A stretch of DNA of 56,075 bases, the filler included, from Rhizaria sp. SCN 62-66 (taxonomy: Eukaryota), in assembly GCA_001724265.1 (NCBI GenBank). It is 4 parts of 4 records of this genome, joined end to end, with 100 filler letters (N's around TTAATTAATTAA, not from the genome) between each part and the next. Parts side by side here need not be neighbours in the genome. Positions count along the whole stretch, not along the records: positions 1 to 14,161 come from MEDY01000707.1; 3 more parts are not named here. One strand, written 5' to 3'. This document shows, in pieces, positions 1 to 12,000 of the stretch. Numbering within the stretch: position 1 is the stretch's first letter; every line of letters begins with the position of its first letter. A program made the position numbers and the translations under genes. The notes beneath the pieces are model-generated. The model searched no databases. It saw only the letters and a program-made list of their open reading frames with translations, and was not told the origin of the DNA.

Positions 1-1
1 G

Positions 2-3000
2 TGGTACAGCGCCGGCGTCGAGTCGCTGTTTAACAGCGTCGGCGGCGTTCGCGGTACGATCCGCTTTTGCGATAGCTCGCCAGTCCTGTTCTCTGCAAGC
101 TCTGCGATTACAAACTCTGGTTGTTCAACGGTGTCGGCCGCTTCGACGCGCTTCGTGTTTACGTGCCCGGCTGGAGCGACTCTCGGCTCCGGCAAGGTCC
201 AGCTGAACATCACGAACGTCCAGTCGCCGATGAGCTCCGGCATGCCTTCCATTCCTGGTTACTGTTTGATGATTTATCTCACTTCTCAAGCAACGACAGG
301 TGTGCCCGTCACCGTCGCGACGTCGCTCGCGGCGGCCATCTCTGCTAACATGCGGACGATGACATACAGCTACACTCCAAGCTTGCTTGTGTTGACGCCT
401 GTGGCCGGTGATTTCACACAGGTTGTCTCAACGTTTAGCGGAACCTTTAACGTTGAGGCTGGCGAAACCCTCTCCACGTCCTCATCACTCACATTTACGA
501 CAGCGCTCACATCCTTTGACTTTTCCTCAGCCACCGTCACGAGCGGCTGCACGCTTGCCGGCGCTTCAAGTTCCCAGCTAGTGATCAGGCCGACCACGTC
601 CGTGGGTGCCGGCTCCATGATCTATTGCGCTGTCGCCAACATGCGCGTTGTCTTTGCCAACGCAGCCTCGCGTGTGTCGTCTCTTGACCCGTACACTATC
701 AACAAAGACGCGTTGAAGCTGACCTCGCCTTCGATCACCACAGGCATCTCTGCGTCGTCGCATTTTGTAATCCGCACCACCGGCACTGCTGCTTATTGGT
801 TTCATATGACGCCCATCGACCGTGCTCTTGTCCAAGGCTCTGTGTCCTCGACATCACGCCTGTTACAAGTCTCCATGCGCATATACTTTTATGCTACCAA
901 CCCCAGCGCAAGCGCCATCTCTTATGCGGTGACGTCGTCGTGCAGCGACATCACGCTTCTCACATTCTCACACCGTCAGGCTCCGTCACGCCGTCGGGCG
1001 ACTACCGCGTCACGCAAGGCACAGCTACGTCCATCAGGTTTGACGTCACCGCCTCGGCGCGCTACACGCTCGATCTCGCATGCTTTAGCATGGGAACTAT
1101 CGCTCGCGCTGTTGCTGCGGCGCAAGCGGTCTCGGCGTACTCGCGCCAGCTTGACTTTGTGTTCTACCCCGTGACCGCAAGCCTTGCATCTGGAATTAGT
1201 CTCACCGCCACCACGCACGAAGCTGCAACTGTCAACCTTGAGTATGAAGTTTTGGTTTATGCCCATGCAGCACTTGCTGCAAACTGGGGCTTTACACTGA
1301 CCATGCAAAGCGAGATTGCTCTGCGTGCTGTGGTTACCACCAGCACGGCTGCTATTACGTCTTACACGGCCGGCACCGGACTCACCAAGGTCACCTGCAC
1401 AGTCAGCCGCACTAGCGCAACTGTGGCGTCTGTGAGTGGCTGCGGCGCTGTGAGCGGTTCAAGTAACTATTATGCGCCGCGTGTGTTCCGCTTTGGTCCC
1501 GTGACTTCAACCTATGCCAACTATTTGTCGATGTTTAAGACTTATAGCACGGCACAAGGTGCCCTTGGAACGGTGTCTGGAGTGAGTGTGCCGATGCAAA
1601 ACTTAGACTTGTCCGACGACACAATTTTGGCCGCGAACTCGAAGCCCAGCGCTGTGGCTGCGCTTTATACGACGCGTGTTATCACTGCTACGGTTGCTGG
1701 TGCCACTACGTTGACCCCCACAGTCACTGGCTCGTCACGGCAGAACTATCTCGTGCGCGTCTTCTTCTTTAAGCGCTTTTCGACTTCAACTGTAACTTAC
1801 AGCTACAGTGGGTCATCGGGCTTGACCTCTAGTTCGTCAGCGTCAGTTGGTGTCTGTACTGGCTTCACGCAGGGCTCGATCACCTGTTCCTCGTCGCTGT
1901 TGCCAGCAATGTACTTTTCATTCTATACCGGTCAATATACCGTTGCCTATGAGAAAACTTCGTTCACAGCCTCTGAGTTCAGCTTCACAATCACCAGCAC
2001 ATACGTGACGGCAGGAGCCGACTCGACAACTGTGTTCGCCTTTGCCAGCTCTACGCTCGGTGCACCCATCATGTATAGCCCGCCGTTTGAGTTCACGACT
2101 GTTTTGACTGAGATCGCATGGGCCAGTACCGACCTGACTGCTAAGATCCACCTGTACCTATTCCCGCACACAGACGAGCTTAGCGCGTTCAACTTTGTTC
2201 TTCAGAGCAATTGTGGCGTCTTTACTACAAGCAAGCCCGTTGCACTGATCAATAGCCTCACGACTGGCACCTGTGTGAGTCGTTACAGCAGCGGCTTTGG
2301 GCAGATGTCGATGCCCGCAACATGTATGCCTGCGCAGCCTAAGTTCATTGGCTTCCAAATCGAGGCGGCCTACTTTTTGAAAGCTGCCCACAAAACGCCG
2401 TACGCAGCAACAAGTCTTGTTCCCGCATCTTGCTTCACGCTTGTTGACTCATCGACCTCGACCGCAATTACAGCGTTGCACAGCGTTGACATCGGGCCCA
2501 TCCCGCCGCCCAACGCGTTCATGTACGATGTGCTGCTTGTGCGCAGCTCGGCAGTATCCGTGCAGCGCGCGCGTGTTGACATTCACACTGTGCTGACTGT
2601 GTCCATTCCAGCGACTTCCGTCAAGGTGGCCATCACTGTTTCCAACTCCACAGCCGACAACTGCCCTGTCGGGCTCACGGTCACCACGGCTGAATTCTAC
2701 CCTCTTGGCTCTAGTTGTATACGTACATCAGCCGTGGGATCTGAGCTTGTTGCCACCTGCACTGGCGGCCCCTGGGGCAACAAGGACGTCTTTGCGTTTG
2801 GATTTGATCATGTCAACTTCCCGACGACCGTAAACAACGCAGATGAAACGCCCTACTTGGGTCCTGGCTGTATTTCTGTCAAGATGAGCTACGGGGCGTT
2901 CACTCTCACTGGCACCCCCATGATGCCCGTGTGGTCACGCCCACTGTTGACTGCTGAGCTCGAACGTACTCTCAGCGCAGATGCAACTCAGGGTGCGGCT

Positions 3001-6000
3001 TACCATCTAAGTCTTGACCTGGGCGATGAGAAGTTTGTGTCAACGACCAACGACTTTTCGTTTTTTGCTCTGCTACGCGGCTTTAGCGGTATTACTTTCT
3101 ATAGTCACAGTGGCTTTGTGACTACGAGTAAGATTGACTGGAAAGTGGCTTCGCCCGTGTCTAATGCGGTTGAGTTTGGTCCCAACACGCCTGTGTCCGC
3201 CGCTGGCGTGTGTCTACCCACTGCTCCTTGCACAGTTCGCATCCCTGTCACTGCCACATTCGCGGGCACAGTCCCGCTGTTTACGTCAGTAAACGTGTAT
3301 GTCAAGGAGACCTCAACGGGCCTGACACGGCCCTACGCCACGGCTCCCGTGCGCATGCCTGCAGGGGTGATTCGACAGCAACTGACGCTGCCCACAATGC
3401 CCTTGAGGGCAACAGCGTTTACCGTCACCGCAACTGCTGCTTCGCCTTTATTGCGCACGTTTTCGATTACTCTGCTCGACACCACAGTTCTCAACACAGT
3501 CGCTTTACAATACTGGGTGGTACAGCTACCTTTGACCGGTTTCACCTTCGCCAGTGCGGTATATACTCTCAAAATTGGTTCTGGCTCTACTTCAGCCGCT
3601 GTCTCTGTTCCCTCAGATGGTGAGATAACGATTCCGTACATCAGCACTATGGTCAACGTTAATGTTGTGATGACTGTGAGCAGTGTGACGCTCACGCTGG
3701 TGGAAACGCCTGAGCTTGTTACTGTGTCGCTGGAGCACTACTCGATGCGCAACACGCTGACGGCCAACAACACGCAGGCCGATCGTGTCGTTTCTCTTGG
3801 CTACAGCGCACTGAAGCAAGATACGCGCTCCACGTACACGGTATCAAATAACGCGTTTGCCGCAGGCCTCCGGCCCGTGTACGCGACCGCAAATTGCGCG
3901 ATGATTCTTGGACAGCCGCGCTACCAGATGAAGTGCACGGTGGTCTGGACCGGACTCGTTGATATTACGCCAAGCCTGACTCTTGCGCTTGTCACACGTG
4001 CTGCCTCGCCGCACACGACGCCCACGGGCACGCGGCTTGAGAGCGCGACGCGCATTAGCCCCACGCCAGTCTCCGCAGCCTGCACACCAGTGACTGCGGG
4101 TGCAGCGATTGGGATGGCCAGTTGTCTTGCAAACGGATACTCCGCGCTTACATTGGAAGTGCTTATCTCTGCCGTCAGCTTCTTGGTCGAGCAGCAACTT
4201 GAGATTGAGCTTCGCTCTGGCACTGCACGCCGTGCAGTTGCTCAGATGCGACCGCCCCTGGGTGTGATTGGGCTAACCGGTGTCGACTCTGTGTTCACCG
4301 CCGCGTCTTCGACTTCACACAACGGACTCCTTGTGATGAAGCCTGTGATATCGTACTATGCAAACACAATCTCCAGCGCGCTTTTCGTGGAAATCAAAGT
4401 CCTCGGTGGTAGTTTTGGCTCACGTTTTGTCGCTGACGCAAGCACAGGGACTACCGCCGTAACATTTAACAGCTGTGCTGTTGAATGCGAGCTTAACAGC
4501 ATTATTTACCCCAATGTGTCGACTTCTCTTCTCTGTCCGATCTCCAGCTGCACTTTGCCTGCATCTGGTGAGCTGACGGTTTCGGTTACAAGCGGCTTCG
4601 TGCCTGGGCCGACTACAGAAGAGCGTGCTGTGCTGCAACTGTTGATTGCAGCAACTGTGGTTGGTCCTGGTAACCGCCGCGTGCTCTACAGTGGGCTCTT
4701 CACCGCGCCGCGCGGCACGCTTACTGGTGGTGACACCTCTACCGGTTCTGACACAGTCACTGCAGGCACTTTAGCGCGCACAGCTGTGCATACACTGACC
4801 CCCGCGACCACATTATGCAATGGTGGTGATATTGTGCTTGATGACGGAGAGTACTTTCGTATCACGCCACCGCTATCAGCGCGCACCAACATGGCTTGGG
4901 ACGCACTGGTCGCTGCTCAGTACACCTGGCGCTCGCCTGATCTTGCCGCCAGCGGAACTACAACAGTAATGCTGACATCCAGTGTCTCGAGCAAGCAGCG
5001 ATGGATTCTCCTGCGCCCGCAGACCGAGGGCCGTGCGTATTGCTTTGGCGCGCGTCGACCGAATCTTATCGCCACGCTCCCCATCGTCATTCCTATGGTG
5101 GCGTTAGAGAGCTTAACGGTGGAAATTCTCTCTCGGGGCGGACTTGTCCGCTACAGACACCTGGCGCGTTTGTCATCACTGCCCGACACCGAGCTGCCCG
5201 CTGTACTGACGCTGAGCTCGCGCGCGCAAGGCGACTACTCCGCGGTGGGATATCTCAAGATCAACATCACCGACCTCACTGTTGCTCAAGTTAACGAGGC
5301 ACGCTTCTCGTTGACGATGGGATCGGCATGCAATTACTTCCCGGTTGTCGGCACCAAGACTTTGATTTCATCCGACAACGTTGCTCTTGCCGACACTTCA
5401 AGCGACGCCCTGCTGTACAAGACGCCTGTTGTGAACACACTTGAGTTTTACATCAAGGCTACCGCGATTCCTGTTGTTGCTTACGTCCCCGGTGTGTTTT
5501 GCTCATCCTCAGCCGACACTACAGTCACCGTCGCAGCTTACTACGGCATGAGTGCAGCCGTAGTGATGAGCAAGACTGCGACGCTGCCTGTGGCAGCGCC
5601 AATCCCCAAAACACAAGTTGCAATGTACGCGATGCACCTGAACGGGAAATTTGCAACAGCCGCTGGTGCAATGCGTCCGCCCGTAGCAGGCATCGCTGGC
5701 TACGCTTTCAGCGATAAGTTCGACATGTCGTTCATTGTGCTCCCCGCTCTTGGTATCCCACCTGGCTATTATCTCTCTCTTATCGTGCCATGGGTCACCA
5801 CAGGAACGTTCACCATCTCCGTTCTTGACTCCACGCACGCTGCCGTCGTCAACACTGTCCAGACTCTGGTCCCGGCCGAGCGGCGCGTGTCGGTGCAGTT
5901 CATCAAGGGCTGGCCCGCAGGTACGCCTTTAATAATTGTGCGCAGCGGTTCATCTGTTGACCCAACTGTCACGTCGCGTGACGTCACGGCCAAGATCACG

Positions 6001-9000
6001 ATGACTCTTGACAGCATGACGAGCAATATTCTTGAGCAGGGAACCAGCACAGTGCCGCTTCGCTCAGACTGGTACAAATCGTTGACATCAAGTGTTGTCG
6101 TTGCGCCGACTGTTCTTGGCAGTGGTTACTCACGTGGCGTGTCTCTTACAGTTAATTTCCGCGCTCCAGCCGCAACATACATTGCGCTGTCACCGAACCC
6201 TCGCTCAGTATTGCTCGTGCAGTTCCCGACAATCGATGTTGCTGCAACAGATGCTGAGCATGAGAGTGCCAAATTCATTTACTCTAACGCCGGCAGTACA
6301 ACTCTGCAGTGTGGGTCGCTCGCTGTGAAGACGCTTGCAACGCCACGTGAGTTTGGGCGTTATGCGAGTGCTTTGTCTGCTGATGGCACGACTGTCACGT
6401 ACGCTCCTGGCTTCCGTGTCGAGCTTGAGTATCAAGTCGCCTCGATCAACGACAACTGCGTGCTTATCGTGACACATCTGCACGCGAGCAACGTTTATTA
6501 CCGCGATGCTCTTGCATCAGTCAGTAAAGCTACGGTGACGCTACTTTCTGGCGCAAGCGCGACTGTGCTCAATAGCTTTTACTACAGCACTTCAGCGGCT
6601 GCAGTTACTACAACTGGAGTTTTGAAGACAAACGCTTTGCCGACACCATGGGCAGTGATTCTGCCGTTATCACCATTGTCGTTTGACTCGACATCCACGC
6701 TACGTTTCTTGTCTTCTGGCAACGAGCTCTCTGTGATGGGACCTCAAGCTTTCTTCTATTCAGCCTCAGCTAGCACGCGCAATGAACCTGGCTTTGCGGG
6801 ACTCGGTGACGTCTTTTCGATTGCGCTGCGTATGCAAATTAAGTTAGTACCAACATCAGCCACTGCAATGTGCTTCTCATTGCCTGTCGGGACTAATTCG
6901 AGCGTTACGTCTATCTCCCTGTATGTAGACGGTCAATCCACTGCGTCGCCCGCGAGTGTTGCCGCAAACGCCACACTCTGTCCTGACGGACTGCACGACG
7001 TGATATCGACCTTTGACGCACTTTCATTCACGGCGGACTCTGCAGCACGCGGTGATGCACAGCGCGCTGTCCTACCCACGCAGTGCGTTTGCACAAATAG
7101 TGATTCTCTTCCTGTTGTCTTAAAGCTACCTGGCTCGATTATGACAGTCGTTATTCCCGGTGTCCGATTTATGCCCTCGCTGACTGCTGATCCTGTTGAG
7201 TCGCTGCGTATGTCCCCACTAACCATGGCCGCACCTGTTACCAACATCAATGACACGATGAGGACTGTTGCCGCGCCTGCTGTATCTGTAGGCGCTGTCC
7301 CGCCGCGCAACCGCATTTTCCCTCGTGAATTCCACATCGCAGATCCATTGACGCCCTTCGCTGATCTTGCACAAGTCTCCGCCGCAGCAGCTGCACCAAG
7401 CATGTCGCTTATGTATGCTGTGGCCTTAGACGGGTTGTACGTTGCCTCACCAAAAGTGACGGTACCGACAACAACGCCGACGGCCTATGTGTCTCCGCAG
7501 ATCAGCACGCTTTCTGCCTGGAAGAGGCTCACGTCCGTGGCTAGTAGCCGTGTGTCACTTGCGGTCGCGCCAGATGACACTACAGTTGTGCTCAACTCCG
7601 ACAACAAGCAGATGACAGTCATTGAAACGTCTTACGATGACACTATCAGGACAGCAGAGATCCCACTTCCACTGAATGACAAACAATCATTGCATCCTCA
7701 TACGAACACTCACGAGGCACAGTTATTTGCTCCCATTATTCTCGGCTGGCAAGCACGCACCAGTTACACTGCAAGCACACCCTCAGCAACGGTGGTTCTT
7801 CCTGTAGGCGGTTCGTTACATGTCTTTAGTTTCACTTCAGAAGGCCAGTCCAAGCTCTTGCGCACCGAGTATCCTCTTGGTGAAACCAGCACGATTACTT
7901 CTGTCGCGTCAAGTCCCGCCGCGCTCGCGTTTGTGGTTTGTGGTACTATTCCCAATGTAACTGGTGCGCATTGCGTCACTGTCAAGCAAGCTCTTGGTGT
8001 TGTAACGTTCACTACATCTGCGCGCATCACTATTGACTCTCGGGCTGGATTTGTTCCTACTGCCGCAGACCTGTGCCCCGCTGGATACAACGGACAGACT
8101 CTGGATGCCTGTTTCTTTGTTGCCGTCCGAAACGCTGACGCAGCCGCTCCAGCAAGCACAATCTATCGCATTTCGCTTGGGGCTATTATCAGCGTAACGC
8201 GCGCCGCCTTTGTACCTGACATTCAGGTCGTTGACCTCAAACTCACGTCGTTTGCGAACCAGATTGTCATTTTGCGCAATAACCCGAACTTGACTCCGCT
8301 TGCATCAGTTGAGATTGTGGTATTATCACGTATAAGCGACAGCTGGCTCTATGAAGTCGGTGACGATCTTAGCAGCATTTTCTTCACTCTTCCGTCAACG
8401 GATGCAGTCCCATCGCAACGCAATCTTCCAGCGCTCGTTGCCTCGGCAGACCGTGAGTCTTTCATAGTTGCTGCAGGCAACGCCGCACAGTGGCGCTCAC
8501 TCAAGGCGCTCCCTGTGCTAAACAACGCTGTTGCATTGACGCCGTCTTTGACGGCAATGTCCGTCCAATTTTCTCGCGCCTCAACATCTCATCAGATATT
8601 CTTTGCCAGCAACACGTTCGCGCTGACGCTGACACTTGCGGGTTCGCTCTATAACGGCTCTATACTGACTCAAACGCTGCGGACTTCATCGAGCGTTAAC
8701 GAAGTCAGTGTATCGCTACCATTAACCACCGCAGCGCCGTGGTACGTAGCTGACTCGATATCACCCTATTCAGCTGCTCTGGCCTACGGCGTTCATCCCG
8801 CAACTACTGGTGCCAAGGATATCGAGCTGTCTTCGCACTTGCGCATGGTGACAATGTTTCCCAATACTGCTGGATTTGTCGCCGCTTCCGATGTAATGAT
8901 CCCTGAAAAGAGTTGGTTTGGTGGCATAGTTCCGACGCTCGTTGGTAGTCACATTGCAGACCCTATGATGAGCCGTGGCACGGCCACGACATGGCGTGTG

Positions 9001-12000
9001 TGGTTTACTTCACCTGATGCGCTGCACACTCCCGCAACTTGGACTCTTGCATTGCGCTATGCGACCGTTGCGCAGCAAGTCGCCACGGTTTATGCCACCA
9101 ACGCCAACTGGACTCTTTCAGTCACCTGCACGCCCGGGCTCATTGGTAAAGTCTCGTGCGCACCGCGCGCATCTGCAGTGACGGATGTTGCTACCAACAC
9201 GCCACTGCTCCTGCGGCTTGATCTTGATGTGACACTGATTGCGTCTGCTGACCTTCAAGCGACGTCCCAGACAGGCAGTAACTCGTACAGCCTGATGACC
9301 ATGACACGTGGTGCAACTACCGTGCCGACGCAGCCCTTCAGCTACGTGCGGCCTGCCGTCAAACCTGCCGGATATTTTGGGTTTGCACACCGTGCTCCAC
9401 TCGGTGCACACTTGCCCAGGCGCGGGCCTGGACAGGTAAGTTGGTATGCCAACTCTGAGAATGCATTGTGCTACACCTTCGCTCGAGACTTTTACGGGTG
9501 CTATCGCTTCACACACCGCAGCAACGTGATCACTGGAGACTGGGTTGCTGCACGCAACGCTGCGACTGCACCGAGTGTGGACATGCCTTCTGCGTACGGA
9601 CCCCAAGGGACACTTGTCAGCCTCGTCACTAAAACACGCACAAACAACATGGTTAGCGCCATGCGCTTTACTGCGCCTGACCCGACGACTGGTCCTCCTG
9701 CGGCCAATGCGCTTCCGAGCTATTTGGATCTGCCTTTTGATTCCAGTATGTTCTCTTTCCGCCTTGGAACTAGTGGTGCTGCACACATGTATATTGTGTT
9801 ATCTGCGGAGCTTACTGGTGGACTTGTCATCATTTACAATGATGCCTATGAGGTTGTTATGCTTGTGCGCATGAACCCACGCACAATGCGTGCGTCAGGC
9901 ACCGACAACATTTTGACTGAAGAACTGTACAAGCGCATGGATACTCCAATCAAGTTCCCTGGTGCTGCTGCTGGTGACCGTATTGTTGCTACATTTGACT
10001 GGACCGCGCCCAGGTCACTCACGAACTTTTCACAGCCCACTACGCGTGTTGTGTTTGTCTACGCTTCAGGCTTGGTACGCGCGTGTGTCGCCAACCTTCG
10101 TGAGAGCTCTGCGACTGCCAACCGTGGCACTGCTTCTTTTACTGCGGACAGCGCACGCTTCTCGTGTGCGCAGGCCGACGGTGCTACAACGCACTGGGTT
10201 ACTAGCAGTGACGGCACTGTGCTCACACCAACGTCTGCGGTTCTTGCCGTCTCTAACGGTGTGGCGTACATCGGCACTGAAGAGAGTGTTATTGTCGCCG
10301 TGAAACTTTCATCCACCACGGGTGTGATCACGATCATAGTCAACCATGTACCTAGCCTCTCGACCGTCTGTCCTATCGCCGCACTTGCAGCTCATCCCTC
10401 AGGGCGAATTCTGACTGCGGCATGTGCTGACTCTGGCGCGCTGTTAAGCATTCGCGTCCTGCACAGTGAGGACCTGGGCCGCTACATCTTGCGCGGTAAT
10501 CAAACGGCAGGCTGCATGGTGCACGTGCCTGCCGAGCCAACGCGTGACCTCACAAAAGCGGATCGGTTAGATTTGCTCTCTGAGAGTGTCGACTCGTACC
10601 GTTACTTCGTGTACGAAGCTGGGTTGCGCACTGTTGTCGCCATGGCGTACGCGCCGCACGGCACGCATCTCGCCGTAATGGGCACGACAGACGTGTCCCC
10701 TAGCAACACAATGCAGTTTCTGCGCATGGCTGAAGAGACTCCGGTCATATTCTCCCCGAGTAGGCTTGGTGGTGGTGTTTTAGCGAACTGGACCTTTACG
10801 TTTTCCTTCGAAAGCTTTGCGTACCCGGCATTGCCCGTGTGCACTGTGCGGGGTCCGCAGTCCACATCGTTTACGGGCGTCACACGTGTCACCGTCACAA
10901 CGAACCCTGTGACTGTAAACCGCACGGTCACAGCCATCACTCAAACGGCACATCGACTGACATTTACTGGTACTGCAACAATGACGGCGACTACTGGCAC
11001 CTGGGAGGTTGTTGTAGAAAACGTCATGAACCCAATCATGAATGTCACTCAGGAACTTCAAGCTAGCATTTCTTGCTCACACTTGGTCACGCCACAAAAC
11101 CCGGGCAATAGTCTGTGGTCAGCAGATAACTTGGCCCCGATATGGACTGGGCCCTCGCTGCTACCAGGGTTGCATACGGTCGCTGTGATATCTGCGCCGA
11201 CACCAATCACGGCGGACTCGTATCCATGGTCATTAGCGTTAATGTCGCTTGCTAGTGGCAGCCCTGTCGCGCTGACATACCTCCCGCCATTTTCGCGCGC
11301 GCCGCTCGCTTTGCAAGACGTTGTTAAAATCGGCAAGTCGCAAGTCTTCCGCGTGCGCGTGCGGCTCCAAGATGGCAATCCCGCGCCGTGCATTGTTGGT
11401 GACGGTGAAGCGGTCATCGTGTCGATTGCCACCCGCACAGGCATTTCGACAAGTTTTATGCTGAGTTGCTCCGCTGCGACAACGTACGCCAATCCTATCA
11501 TTGTTGAACTCACACCTTGGGTTGGTACTCTGGCTACAGGCTATGCAGCAGCACTCCCCAGTATTTTGACCAAGCCTGTGCGTGTGACCCCGACGTACTT
11601 CCTCACAACCACCGTCCGCGTTGGTTCCACCGTGAACTCAGAGCCGGTTTCATACCCTGCTGGTGCCGATACAGACGTAATCTTGCGCTTTAACGTGCCC
11701 ATGACTGAGGATACGTCGTACACTCTTTCATTTTCCACGGCCAGCGGCACCTGTCGTTTCTATAACGCCGTCACTGGCGATGGCCCTACGACAAAGCTTA
11801 TCGGCTCTATCACGCTTCCAGGCGACTTAGACCGCATTGACGGCAACAGCATCCTCATTGGTCGGATGCGCTGCTCTGCGCCGTTCAGCCCAGGCGTCAC
11901 GATCAACATGGTCATTCCTTCTGACAGGGGCTTTGTAGGAGACACGATGCCAGTGCGTCCCATTGTTGGCACTGTGTTTGTGCGTCCCACCATGACGTAC

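Noticed and set aside
54-75. GTACG...TAG as a possible 22-nt micro-intron in the giant gene
   Set aside because: The frame is already open through it, removal would break the frame, and the other introns are 126 nt or longer and AT-rich.
796-972. N-terminus MVSYDAHRP... of the 4473-aa track ORF
   Set aside because: Out-of-frame translation of the upstream part of the same gene. The true frame before 965 is frame 2.
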